Assembly: GCF_963921235.1 (NCBI RefSeq)
Contig: NC_086097.1
Span: 113,152,001 to 113,216,000 of the forward strand
Direction: 5' to 3'
From: Mobula hypostoma
Lineage: Eukaryota
DNA length: 64,000 bases
Both the position numbers and the translations under genes were made by a program. The notes below the pieces were generated by a model. That model did no database searches. It was not told the DNA's origin and saw only the letters and a program-made list of their open reading frames with translations. Positions 23,520-35,214 of this stretch are shown piece by piece. Position 1 is the first letter of the stretch, and every line of letters begins with the position of its first letter.

Positions 23520-25600
23520 TTCCATTTTGCCTAGTCTGTGGCAAACAACTTACAATTGCAGCAACAGCTCCAGCAAAATTGAAAAGTCACTTAACTACAA
23601 ATCACAGCCATATGACATATAAAAGTGCTGATTATTTTAAACAGCTATTGGAATCTTAAAACAAACAGATTAAAGCTTATGTTAATAAAGTCACAGTCAA
23701 TAAAAGGACTCAGGAAGCAAGTTATTTAGTATGGGAACTTATCATCCAGGAAAAGAAAAGTCACACAGTTGGTGAGAAAGTAATAATGCCAGCATGTAAA
23801 ATTATAGTAGGTAAAATGCTAGGACAAGGTGCAGTATGAAAATTTGAAAAGATTCTCGGAATCAGAATCAGAATCAGGTTTATTACCACTGGCATTTGAC
23901 GTGAAATTTGTTAGCTTAGCAGCAGCAGTTCAATGCAATACATAATCTAGCAGAGAGAAAAAAATAAAATAAAAATAATAATGATTATAATAATAAATAA
24001 ACAAGTAAATCAATTACATATATTGAATAGATTTCTTAAAAAGTGCAAAAACAGAAATACTGTATATTAAAAAAGTGAGATAGTGTCCAAAGATTCAATG
24101 TCTATTTAGGAATTGGATGGCAGAGGGGAAGAAGCTGTTCCTGAATCGCTGAGTGTGTACCTCCTACCTGATGGAGACAGTGAGGAAAGGGCATGCCCTG
24201 GTGCTGGAGGTCCTTAATAAAGGACACTGCCTTTCTGAAGCACCGGTCCCTGAAGATGTCCTGGGTACCTTGTAGGCTAGTACCCAAGATGGAGTAGCCT
24301 ACAAACAATATGATAAGTCGACATATCGATAACATGTCACATGACACTGAAGAGGTTTTGTGCCATCAGCTGAAAAACAACAGCTTCTCTACCCAAGTTG
24401 AAAAGTCAACATATTTTACCAATAAATGTCATTTTGTGGCATTCATAAGATTTGTAAATTAAGAAAACTGCTTCTGTTGCAAAGAGCTACCCAAAAACAA
24501 GCAAAGGCTGAGATATATTTAATACTGTGTCTTCATATCTGGAAACAAGATGTCTGTATTGGAGAAACTGTGTTGGCATCTGGACTGATGGTGTCCCATC
24601 AACTCCATGAGAGGTTTTGTTTCTCGTGTAAAAAAATGAAAATCCTGACATTGTCAGAACACTTTGCTTTCTTCACAGAGAGGTGCTGATGTCAAAAATT
24701 CTTGGGAGATGAAATGAAAAAAGCTCTGGATGATGCTACTTTATTAAACAAAGACCAGTTCACTTCAGAATGTTTTAAAAGCTGTGTGAAAACCTGGACA
24801 AAGAGCACCCCAATCTCCTGCTACATACAGAAATCCGGGGGCTTAGCAGGGGAAGAGTTCTCAACAGGATGTTTGAGTTGAAAGGGGAATTGCAGGAGTA
24901 CTTTCAAGAAAACAGTAGGCCAGATTTCACTAAGTGCTTCAAAGATGATGAATGGCTGCAGAAACTAGCCTGCTTAGCACACATATTTCATCACATGAAC
25001 CAGTTGAACAAGATGTTTTGACGTCAAGTGACAAATTCTTGGATTAAAAGGAAACTGAATCTTCAGAAAAATTATGTTGCAAAAGGAAATCTTGAAATGT
25101 TTCTGCTGCTGCTTGGGCTTGAGAGTGAGGAAGGATATCAGAAAGTCGCAAGTCTTATTGAAAACCACCTGGAAGAACTGCAGAACAAAATTGAACAGTA
25201 TTTTTCCTCCCTTTCAACACAAGTGTATGACTGGGTGAGGGACCCTTTCTCTGAGTCTTCTGCTCAGTCTGAGAAATTGACTTTGAGAGAAGAGGAAGAA
25301 CTTTGTGAGCTGCACTCTGATCATGCAATCAAGATGAGATTTACTGGTCTGCCCCTGGACAAGTTCTGGATTTCTGTGAAAGAAGAGTATCCTGCCATTC
25401 ATAGGAAAGCAATAAACATTTGGCTAAAGTTTTCAACTTCTTACTCATGTGAGTAAGTTTTTTCTTGTTTAACAAGCATCAAGAGCAAGGATAGAAATCA
25501 TCTCATTTCAGTTGAAGGTGAAATCCGTGTCTGCTTATCTCAAGTTCGACCCAGAATTAAGTATTTGTGCAGCAAAAAACAAGCACAGGTTTCACATGCT
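23520..25600 (+). pseudogene. Degenerate hAT transposase (ZBED8/FAM200/SCAND3-like family)
   Basis: CLVCGKQL..AKLKSHLTTNH (BED-type finger), KKSHTVGEKVIMPAC, LLLHTEIRGLSRGRVL, WLQKLACLAHIF, FWISVKEEYPAIHRKAINIWLKFSTSYSCE*VFS..KQAQVSH (dimerisation domain). Multiple stops and frameshifts. Confidence 0.88.
23859..24297 (-). mobile_element. Rex1-like 3' end with (GATTCT)n tail, inserted in the hAT transposase
   Basis: GAATCAGAATCAGAATCAGGTTTATT terminus; ORF 24102..24347(-) GTSLQGTQDIFRDRCFRKAVSFIKD. Confidence 0.85.
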
Positions 25601-25787
25601 GGGCCTACATTTGAGCCTGATCATATCACTTAGTAAGAAAATGTTCTTTCATAGTCTTGTATAAAGTTGTGTCTTAGGCTATATTTTTATTCATTTTTGC
25701 TTTGGCTTATGGTTTTTAGTAAATTTACTATTTAACATTGTCAATAAATTTTCATTAATTAAGATCAATTTACAACCTTCAGTTAAA

Positions 25788-27271
25788 TTAATTGCTGAAC
25801 CTCTGGCTAGGATCTTTAAGTCCTCGTTGTCCACGGGAATGGTACCAGAGGATTGGAGGGAGGTGAATGTTGTGCCCTTGTTCAGAAAAGGTAGTAGGGA
25901 TAGTCCGGGTAATTATAGACCTGTGAGCCTTACGTCTGTGGTGGGAAAGCTGTTGGAAAAGATTCTTAGAGATAGGATCTATGGGCATTTAGAGAATCAT
26001 GGTCTGATCAGGGACAGTCAGCATGGCTTTGTGAAGGGCAGATCGTGTCTAACAAGCCTGATAGAGTTCTTTGAGGAGGTGACCAGGCATATAGATGAGG
26101 GTAATGCAGTGAATGTGATCTATATGGATTTTAGTAAGGCATTTGACAAGGTTCCACATGGTAGGCTTATTCAGAAAGTCAGAAGGCATGGGATCCAGGG
26201 ATGTTTGGCCAGGTGGATTCAGAATTGGCTTGCCTGCAGAAGGCAGAGGGTCATGGCGGAAGAAGTACATTCGGATTGGAGGGCTGTGACTGGTGGTGTC
26301 CCACAAGGATCGGTTCTGGGACCTCTAATTTTCGTGATTTTTATTAATGACCTGGATGTGGGGGTAGAAGGGTGGGTTGGCAAGTTTGCATCAACACAAA
26401 GGTTGGTGGTGTTGCAGATAGTGTAGAGGATTGTCAAAGATTGCAGTGAGACATTGATAGGTTGCAGAAGTGGGTTGAGAAGTGGCAGATGGAGTTCAAC
26501 CTGGAGAAGTGTGAGGTGGTACACTTTGGAAGGACAAACTCCAAGGCAGAGTACAAAGTAAATGGCAGGATACTTGGTAGTGTGGAGGAGCAGAGGGATC
26601 TGGGGTTACATGTCCACAGATCCCTGAAAGTTGCCTCACAGTTAGATAGGATAGTTAAGAAAGCTTATGGGGTGTTAGCTTTCATAAGTTGAAGGATAGA
26701 GTTTAAGAGTCGCAAGGTAATGATGCAGCTCTATAAAACTCTGGTTAGGTCACACTTGGAGTACTGTGTCCAGTTCTGGTCACCTCACTATAGGAAGGAT
26801 GTGGAAGCATTGGAAAGGGTACAGAGGAGATTTACCAGGATGCTGCCTGGTTTAGAGAGTATGGATTATGATCAAAGATTAAAGGAGCTAGGGCTTTACT
26901 CTTTGGAGAGAAGGAGGATGAGAGGAGACATGATAGAGGTGTACAAGATATTAAGAGGAATAGATAGAGTGGATAGCAAGTGCCTCTTCCCCAGGGCACC
27001 ACTGCTCAATACAAGGGGACATGGCTTTAGGGTAGGGGGTGGGAAGTTCAAGGGGGATATTAGAGGAAGGTTTTTCACTCAGAAAGTGGTTGGTTCGTGG
27101 AATACCCTGCCTGAGTCAGTGCTGGAGATACACTAGTGAAATTTAAGAGACTACTAGACAGGTATATGGAGGAATTTAAGGTGGGGGGGTTATATGGGAG
27201 GCAGGGTTTGAGGGTCGACACAACAATGTGAGCTGAAGGGCCTGTACTGTGCTGTACTATTCTATGTTCTA
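25788..27271 (+). mobile_element. Comparatively young 5'-truncated CR1 LINE (RT + 3' UTR) inside the hAT element
   Basis: VPEDWREVNVVPLFRKG..NYRPVSLTSVVGK..QHGFVKGRSCLTSL..YMDFSKAFDKVPH..GVPQGSVLGP..FINDL. Frameshift at KFA(DD)TK plus two stops; tail CTGTACTATTCTATGTTCTA. Confidence 0.95.
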
Positions 27272-28159
27272 ACTCTACTGAGACTACCTTTAGAAAAATT
27301 GTCCCATTCTGGCTTAAGCCAGTTATTTAACTGAAATTTATTATGTTTGCCTTATGAGTTCTTAAAATTTATGAAAGAAAAAGAAAGAGATTGATTTCAA
27401 GAAAGGTTAATTACCTATTTTATTTTCAAGAAAGGTTGGCTAAAAGTTCATTCTCTCTTCAAAAGAGCATTGACAATTATTTTTGGATGATTATATCTAC
27501 AACTTACTGATCACGCAAACGTATCATGAGCTGTAGATATAACAAGTTTTACACAGGGGTTCCCTGAGACCTGAAAGTTATTTCAAGGGCTCCTCCAGGG
27601 CAAAATGGTTGAGAAAGGCTGCTCTAGATGGTGTACCCACTAGATGGCTTCTTTAAACTAGCTATCGACTGCCAGCCGTGCCCAGCTCAGTGCAACAATA
27701 GCAATTTTGAATTTTTGAGTTCACAGGCTACGAGAACAGCCCAGCCTCCAGATCTAGCACTGTTGGGATTGTCCATGAAGCTCATGACATTCCAAGTCCC
27801 AAAATTCATGCTGTGGTGGAAATAGCCTGTATGTTTTTTTTCTGTGAATATGCATTAGGTGTTGTTCAGCAACTACCACATGGACATCAGTGAGCAAGGT
27901 TTTGATCCAGTGGCGATAGAGACAAAAATAACTGGAGACTAGATTCTGCTGTATGGTCAGTAATAGTCAGTCATAAATGGTGGGCACACACACAGATACC
28001 ACCCACATGTGTGCACTTGTTCATTCGCAAATGCACGCACACTCCTGATAACTGCCCCATATTCCAGATCCTCAGTTCAGACTGCAGAAGTGGCACAAAT
28101 TCCTTAAGGCACCACATTGATTGGCCAATAAGTAACTAATGTCAGCCCTGTTTGGAATA

Positions 28160-28326
28160 ATGTGAATCAATTTCCAATGCTGCAACACTGTAAAATAGTT
28201 TTGAATGTCTAAAGCTTCTGGATTCCTATGGGTTTGAGAAGGATAATAAATCAGCCATGATGAAACAGCGAGCAGATCCAATGAACCAATTGGCTTAATT
28301 CTGCTTCTATGTATTATGGTCTAATA
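28160..28326 (+). mobile_element. CR1 3' UTR fragment
   Basis: GGATAATAAATCAGCCATGATGAAAC..GCAGA..CTTAATTCTGCTTCTATGTATTATGGTCTAA. Confidence 0.7.
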
Positions 28327-28406
28327 CAGGGGTTCCCAACCTCTTTTATGTCACGGAGCTGTACCATTAACAGAGGGGTCTGTGGACACCAGGTTGGGAA
28401 CCACTG
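28327..28406. mobile_element. 80-bp hAT-Charlie MITE
   Basis: TIRs CAGGGGTTCCCAACCT / AGGTTGGGAACCACTG; perfect 8-bp TSD GTCTAATA on both sides. Confidence 0.93.
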
Positions 28407-28497
28407 GTCTAATATATCACTCATGCAAGTGCAACTCCCAACATGTTATATTATCCACTAAAGAACTATGACACTGCTTGAGTAAACATTAAACTGA

Positions 28498-28630
28498 CAA
28501 TTGATGAAGGATCTTGGCCCGAAATGTCAACTATTTATTCCCCTCCATAGATGCTACCTGACCTTGTGAGTTCCTCCCGTATTTGGTCTGTGTTGCTCTG
28601 GATTTCCAGCATCTGCAGAATCCCTTGTGG
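28498..28630 (+). mobile_element. PLE terminal-repeat fragment with a decayed hammerhead
   Basis: TTGATGAAGGATCTTGGCCCGAAATGTCAACT...CCATAGATGCTACCTGACC...TTCCAGCATCTGCAGAATCCCTTGTG. Confidence 0.8.
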
Positions 28631-28664
28631 TTATGGAAGCTGACAATTGTAATGTCTAACAAAC

Positions 28665-28862
28665 ATGTTGTGGCAGGTTCCAAGTCATTAGGTATATTTA
28701 AAGCAGAGGTTAATAGGTTATTGATTAGTAAGGGTGTCAAAGGAGAGAAGACAGGAGAATGGAGTTGAGAAGGATAATAAATCAGCCGTGATGGAATGCC
28801 AGAGCAGACTCAATGGGCCAAATGATCTAATTCTGCTCTTATGTCTTATAGTTTGATGGTAT
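28665..28862 (+). mobile_element. CR1 3' end
   Basis: KSLGIFKAEVNRLLISKGVKG plus the same 3' UTR as 10270-10445. Confidence 0.8.
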
Positions 28863-29615
28863 TATCTACTCAGTCATCTATTGTTTCGAATAGAAGGCTT
28901 ATTACTGGGAAAATGACTGAATACCCCACCATCAGCTATATCATTCATGATGGTTAACATAATCTAAGTAACCAAATAATACCTTACCATTGGGAACTCC
29001 AGCCTACAACTAAATTAAAAATGGAAAATGGGGACCAATAATTTATAATTCCTTTACTAAGTTTATCTTCTATCGTAAATTTTATAGTCAGGTTCTCTTT
29101 AAAAAAAATTCAACAACATCTGAATAATTCTCTTATTGATCATCTTTATACAGCTTGTGGGGGGGTGGGGGTCAAATACGACCTGCTTCCAATACAGATC
29201 TGTCTATTCTGATTTGGCTTCTGAGGCCTATATGGGACTCTCAACGGTTTAGAGGCACAAGAGGCCTAGTGGGATCAGTGGGTTGCGAGCCTGGGAGGCT
29301 CTACACTCCCTCTGCTATTGCTATATGGGCTCCACATGCCAGTCTGAAAAAATTCAGGAGTCAGAGCTTATATTATTCTCCACATTAAATGGCGATGGAC
29401 TAGGATTCCTAAGAGTTAATGAGGATATATTGCATTTTATCAAGGAGGCTTCCATTTGTCCCTGTCGTCATCTCTTAGAATGACAGAGATCAGTTTAATG
29501 TGCATACAAGTGTTGTCTCCTTTCCTCACATGGAATGGAAGATCTTGCAGAGTCAGGTGTACTTGTCCAGTGCTTTGAGTTCTTGATCTGTGAACACATT
29601 TTTCCTGCTGTCCAC

Positions 29616-29616
<1 letters not shown>

Positions 29617-29665
<49 letters not shown>
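29617..29665. repeat. (AC)n microsatellite expanded from the ACACACAA seed of a PLE tail
   Basis: Perfect AC run leading directly into ATGCTGAAGGAACTCAG. Confidence 0.97.
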
Positions 29666-29667
<2 letters not shown>

Positions 29668-29822
29668 GCTGAAGGAACTCAGTAGGATAGGCAGCATCTA
29701 TGGAGAGGAATAAACATTCAATGTTTCAGGCTGACACCCTTCATTAGGACTGGAAATGAAGGGGGAAAAAGCCAGAATAATAAGGTGGGAGGAGAGGACG
29801 GAGTACAAGCTGAAAGATGATA
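29660..29822 (-). mobile_element. PLE terminal-repeat fragment with a decayed hammerhead
   Basis: Minus strand reads CAGTC-CTAATGA-AGGGTGTCAGCCT-GAAACATTGAATG. Confidence 0.8.
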
Positions 29823-30192
29823 CTCACTGAGAGGTGACTCCTGAGATGTGAAAAGAGATTAACAGTCTTGTTGTGGACTATTATTGTTGAACAGCCAGTC
29901 TTGCACAGCAGGAACATTTCTCTTAAAGATGTTTAGAACCAAAACCCTTTCTTCCTTAGGCTTCAGTAAGTAAGTTAATAATTTCGAGCATGGCCTCCAA
30001 GTTATCAAGTACTTATATGATGGCATAACATGATGTTTAAGGTAGGAGTGACTTTGGTTATGCAGCGAAGGTGATGAAGACTCATCAGTTTATATATGAC
30101 AAGGTGAACAGATACAAGCCTTCAACCACCAGGCCCCTGAATCAGCATTTATAACTTCACTCACCTCAACTCCAAACTGATTCTACAACCTA

Positions 30193-30412
30193 TCCCTCCC
30201 CCTCCTGTCTTCTCCTATCATTTTGGATCTCCCCCTCCCCCTCCCACTTTCAAATCTCTTACTAGCTCTTCCTTCAGTTAGTCCTGACGAAGGGTATCGG
30301 CCCAAAACTTCGACTGTACCTCTTCCTAGAGATGCTGCCTGGCCTGCTGCGTCCACCAGCAACTTTGATGTGTGCTGTTTGAATTTCCAGCATCTGCAGA
30401 ATTCCTCATGTC
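30193..30412 (+). mobile_element. PLE terminal repeat (second subfamily) with a near-intact hammerhead
   Basis: TAGTC-CTGACGA-AGGGTATCGGCCC-AAAAC-TTC-GACTG at 30279-30316; CAACCTAT is repeated on both flanks. Confidence 0.8.
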
Positions 30413-30499
30413 TGCAACCTATGGACTCACTTTCAAAAACTCTACAATCATGTTCTCAGTATTATATCTTTATTATTATCATTGTATTTTTATTTTTTG

Positions 30500-31025
30500 T
30501 CAGCTCAAGCTGGTAAAACCTGAGCTACGGGCATAGTCAAGCACACTCATTTCTTAAATGCTAGGAACTTTAGGACTATTGTACTGGTGTTTAGCACTGT
30601 GGCTTTCTGAAGTTTTATATGAATATTTCTGTGTAAGCCTAATTGTTTCATGCTATTGTCTAATAACTTTGGGACAATGCCAGTTGTAGATGTACTATTG
30701 GAACAATGTATACCCTGTTCATGGTCCATAGTCTTTCAATTTCCTCTTTTAGTTCAACATATTTCTGATGTTTTTCACTTATTTTCACTTATGTTGTGTG
30801 TGTTTGGAATGGCTATATCTATTAAGTTATTTGTTCTCGCTTGCTTATCCTGTATTATTATATCCAGATGGTTATTATGGATTGTTCTATTTGTAATAAT
30901 GGATCATAATGTAATGTGTAGGATTCTGACTCTAAAACTGAATCATTCTTGTATTTATAGCAAGGCATAGTGTCTTTTTTGAGTTTGTATTTTAAAAAAA
31001 TGGTGAATGATGTTTTCCATTTGAT
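30500..31025 (-). mobile_element. R4/Dong-clade non-LTR retrotransposon 3' fragment (restriction-like endonuclease)
   Basis: Across frameshifts: YKYKNDSVLESESYTLHYD / IITNRTIHNNHLDIIIQDKQARTNNLIDIAIPNTHN / KHQKYVELKEEIERLWTMNRVYIVPIV / TTGIVPK..LQKATVLNTSTIVLKFL, i.e. a decayed RPD..D..EK.KY RLE with an R4-type C-terminus. Confidence 0.8.
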
Positions 31026-31838
31026 TGTACATATGTAAGTAATTACTATCGTATTTTGTACAGGTTGTCTTCTTTTGCGCATTGGTTGTTTGTCAGTCTA
31101 TGTGTGTAGTTTTTCATTGAATCTATTGTATTTCTTTGTTCAACTGTGAATGCCTGCAAGAAAATATATGACAACAAATATGTACTTTGATAATAAATTT
31201 ACTTTGAACTTTGAGCAATATTTGTGGAAAGCTGCAAATACTGTATAACATGCTACTGTATAATTGAACAGTTTGTTGTGCATAGAATCTAAGTTGCAGT
31301 CTGTTGGCATGTAAAATTTTTCCTCTATATTGGAGGTTTCCATCTAGTACTTGAGAAATTAACTTACAATTCTGAGCTGAAGCGTACAGATATTACCTCA
31401 AGGATTTGCACGCAGTATTAAAATGGCCAGAATCAATCAACAGTCTTCTTCGATGTTACTCTTAACAGAGTCAAGAAAGTAACGTGTCAAAATTCAATGA
31501 GTCCAGGTAGTTAAGGTCAAAATGTGTAAAATTTTAAAGATTTATAGTTGTTATGGTATTCAATTCTATGGTGGAACACCTAATTCCAAATGTTCATTAC
31601 AGCATTCATCTGGATTTCAATTTCCAGAAACTTCCATTTTCACCACCACCAGCATATAAGATAAATATGCTAATAAGAACATTGGAGAAAACAATTCTTA
31701 TTTGGTTACAAGTTAACAGACATGATAGTACCATGCAGTCTCCCCCACTGTAATATTTCAATCAGTTGCCTTCAACATGATAGAAGTTTCCCTTTGACTG
31801 GATAACTGCAGCTCAAAATAAAACAATGAATTGATACT

Positions 31839-32257
31839 TTTGTACTTCATTCTCTTTCAATATAGTCAATATTGCCTTCTTAATTATTTGTTCTAACTGC
31901 ATAATAACTTTGTGTTTCTTATAAATGGATATTTAGATAAATTAATTTAAGTAATATTTTTGTTTTGCATTCTTCCTATCAAACTGGATAACTTTACATA
32001 TTTCATTGTAATCCAACATCCTTATTTTGCCAACTCACTTAACTTATGCAGACACATTACTTCACAAATATTCTCCCATGCATCTTTTTATGTATAGTCT
32101 TTGATTATGTGTAGTTTTTTAATAAATTCTAATGTATTCCTCTGTTTTCTCGTATCTGCCTGCCTGCAAGAAAATGAATCTCAAGGCAGTATATGATAGC
32201 ATTTGATACTTAGATAATAAATTTTACTTTGACTTTGGATAAATCGTGCTTATTCTG
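31839..32257 (+). repeat. Local duplication, copy A (copy B at 34254-34687)
   Basis: Near-identical text from TTTGTAYTTCATTCTCTTTCAATATAGTCAA to GACTTTGGATAAAT..GCTTATTCTG, with a few small indels. Confidence 0.95.
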
Positions 32258-32510
32258 GCAACTCATTCCACACTTTCACCAACCTCTGAGTGAAGAAGTT
32301 CCTTTCATTTTCCCCTTAAATATACTTTTCACCCTTCACCAACAACCTCAAGTTCTAGTCTCACCTGCCCTCAGTGGTAAAAACCTACTTGCATTTACCC
32401 TGTCTATACTCTTCAAATTGTTGTACATATACCTTTATCAAATCTCTCTTCATTCTCCTATCCTCTTCAACCTTTCCCTATAACTCAGGTCCTCAAGTCC
32501 CGGTTACATT
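32258..32510 (-). mobile_element. CR1 ORF2 C-terminal fragment lacking its 3' UTR
   Basis: CTCATTCCACACTTTCACCAACCTCTGAGTGAAGAAGTT...CCCTATAACTCAGGTCCTC, homologous to 40660-40930. Confidence 0.8.
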
Positions 32511-32825
32511 CTGTTGATGTCACTTGATGAATACTGACTTGCTGGTGATGCCCACATCCTTTGAGTAAATTAAAAATAAATAACTATTCCTTTCTGTTCC
32601 TGAAAACTTTGCATCCACTTGATCACAGGTCATGAATATGATCCACTTATCATTCAATGCATTAACCACCCACCCAATTAAGTATAAAGCCTCACAGCTG
32701 ATGACTAGACAATTTTAATTGCTTGTGTGTCATGTCACCCTTGAAGTTCTTCAAACACTGGTGACAGCAATCTGATCTTCTGGTACTCTCCTTCACATTG
32801 TATTTGTACCTGAGCTCCCACTCAC

Positions 32826-32948
32826 CAGAAGCTGCGTGATGTTTGGATTGAGTACTGTTCAAACGAACTGCTCGCATGTTCTGTGCTGGAAAGGATAGAC
32901 TCCAGGTTTGCGCTAGGTTCCCTTTTAAAATCCTTGACCTTTTATATA
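32826..32948 (-). promoter_or_regulatory. Candidate TATA box + short first exon, or alternatively a 60-nt internal exon
   Basis: Minus strand: TATATAAAA (32948-32940), AACATG (ATG at 32877), open frame MRAVRLNSTQSKHHAAS, donor CTG|GTGAGT at 32826/32825. Alternative acceptor TATCCTTTCCAG| at 32885. Lies in non-repetitive sequence; peptide not recognised. Confidence 0.3.
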
Positions 32949-34253
32949 GGCGTAAACATTGTCCCAATTTTAGATGCTGTGCTTATTCATAAGCATTCAG
33001 ATACTGTATGGACTGCTCCATTGAAGCCCTCACCTGACATAGCACTTAGCTTTCAACAAGCTAGTACCTGGGTTAACCCCTCTCCTGGCTCTATGTCTGA
33101 AATGTAGATCCTACAATTAAGTTTCACTTCATAAAAAAGAAAATACTCGCTAGTGGCTGTGAGAAGCACTTCAAGTCATGGCGTGCCTCTTTAAAGGATA
33201 AGAATGTATGAAACAGGGGCAAGTATGACCCCTTGAGTTTTCTCCACCAGCTGATAAACTCTAGCCTCAACGCTTGTTTTCCCAATTCCCATAATGCCAT
33301 AGTGCAAAAGTTCATTTATTTCAATTTTCAATATATAAAATAATTTACCACCCACAGCTCGCCCGGACAAAAAATCCAGAAGACTCACAATCTTTTGTGA
33401 GACGAAATTTCCCCCTTTATTCAACATGTAGTTAATCCTGTATCTTCAGAGCATGTTATTATTTCTAGATTTCATCACCAAAGGAATCATCCTAACATCT
33501 TAACCCTGTCAACTCCCCTCAAGATCTGTTGTATTCAAAATTCCTGAGAGTATAGTTTAGAATTTGGCCATTTTCAATGTGCAAGATGCACATAAATGCA
33601 ATTTTACCCTTTCTAACTTCATTTCTGTGTCAAATCTCGGCTGCAGGAATATTATTACAGCCATTTCTGATGCACATTTCCCTGAGCATAGATAATATCT
33701 TCCCATCACTTATTGAGTAAATAACAATGCCACTGCTTATGTGCCTTGTGATCACCCTTACCTACATAAACAGGAGCTTTAGGTGTAACTTTCCACCTTC
33801 TTTGAGCATTCATACAAAACCTAGGAGTCCGTAGTGCTGATATTAGCAAAAGAATGCCAATTAACAGATTGGCATTACATCATCAATTTCTTGCATCTAG
33901 CAATTTTCTGTCTCAGCTTTCAATATTTAGAATACTCAGCTTCTGAGGGAAGGTCCTACTTCAGCACATGATTCTCTGTACAAGCCACAATCATGTTGTT
34001 GAGCTATTACACAACTGATTGGGAAAATGCATTTGGATTGGTTTAGATGGCAAAATAAAAGGTGAAATCCACTTTCTTGGCATATAACCTCAATCTCTTT
34101 GGATATAACAGGGTTCCCGTTCCAAAAAATCATTCTGTGCACCTTTATTGCACCATATCCAAACTAAACCTGCCTTTCCTTAAGTAAGAATGCTAAGACT
34201 GTATTCAGCATTTCTGAAATAGCGCTGCATAGTTCTGACCATCCTTTCTTACA

Positions 34254-34687
34254 TTTGTATTTCATTCTCTTTCAATATAGTCAACGTTCCATTTGCCTTC
34301 TTAATTATTTGTTCTAACTGCATAATAACTTTGTGTTTCTTATACATGGATATTCTGATAATTTAAGTAATATTTTTGTTTCGCATTCTTCCTATCAAAC
34401 TGGATAACTTTACATATTTCATTGTAATCCAACATCCTTATTTTGCCAACTCACTTAACTTATGCACATCCCTTTGCAGACACATTACTTCACAAATATT
34501 CTCCCATGCATCTTGTTTATGTATTGTCTTTGATTATGTGTATTTTTTTTAATAAATTCTAATGTATTTCTTTGTTTTCTTGTATCTGCCTGCCTGCAAG
34601 AAAATGAATCTCCAGGCAGTATATGATAGCATTTGATACTTAGATAATAATTTTTACTTTGACTTTGGATAAATTGCGCTTATTCTG
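34254..34687 (+). repeat. Local duplication, copy B
   Basis: See copy A. This copy is contiguous with decayed CR1(-) sequence on its left. Confidence 0.95.
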
Positions 34688-35214
34688 ATTGCCCCTGCAC
34701 TTGCCCTGCAGCCACACTAACATCTTGTGACTGGGTAGCTACTAAGAACTTCAACCACTTGAATTGCCAAAGGCCTTTTTCATTATTCTTGTGTGCTGGA
34801 TAATCAGAGACATTGAAAAACATTAAAATTGACTTAAATAACTTTAAAATGCACACTATATTCTTTAGAAATTCAGATTAACAAATTTATTTAAAGAGAT
34901 GAATTAATAAAATAAATATAAAGCAAAATAAAAAGGAATTTAAAGAAATTGCTGAACTTAGCTTTTAATGAGGGTTAGTGATCTCATCCAAACAAATGAT
35001 TCACTTCCTATGGCTGTTATAAAGCTGAGCCACCAGATAATAATGGTGATCAAACATTCAGACCAATATATACTACTGTCCTTCAGTGGGTAGGTACAGA
35101 AATCTAGAATGTAAATCACCTTATCACATTCAGTTCCTCAATCCATCAATAGCATAAATAGTTGAGGTCCTAGCAATGATTCCAAAGTCAGCCAATCTGT
35201 TACAATGTTCCATG

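Larger units (their letters stand above)
22924..27621 (+). mobile_element. Full-length hAT-Charlie (Buster-type) transposon, with two nested LINEs
   Basis: TIRs CAGGGTTTCTCAACC / GGTTGAGAAAGGCTG; flanks TTCTAGAA and CTCTAGAT (NTCTAGAN Charlie-type target). Confidence 0.92.
30115..31213 (+). mobile_element. Rex1-like 3' end hosting two insertions
   Basis: The pieces 30115-30192, 30413-30495 and 31025-31213 reassemble into the tail seen intact at 38500-38802; ends TAAATTTACTTTGAACTTTGA. Confidence 0.75.

Noticed and set aside
25028..25456. 142-aa ORF resembling ZBED8/FAM200-type host genes
   Set aside because: It is part of a frameshifted hAT transposase between TIRs, not a domesticated intact gene.
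31839..34687. Direct repeats interpreted as LTRs of a retroelement
   Set aside because: No TG..CA termini, PBS, PPT or gag/pol; the repeats are composites of LINE remnants.
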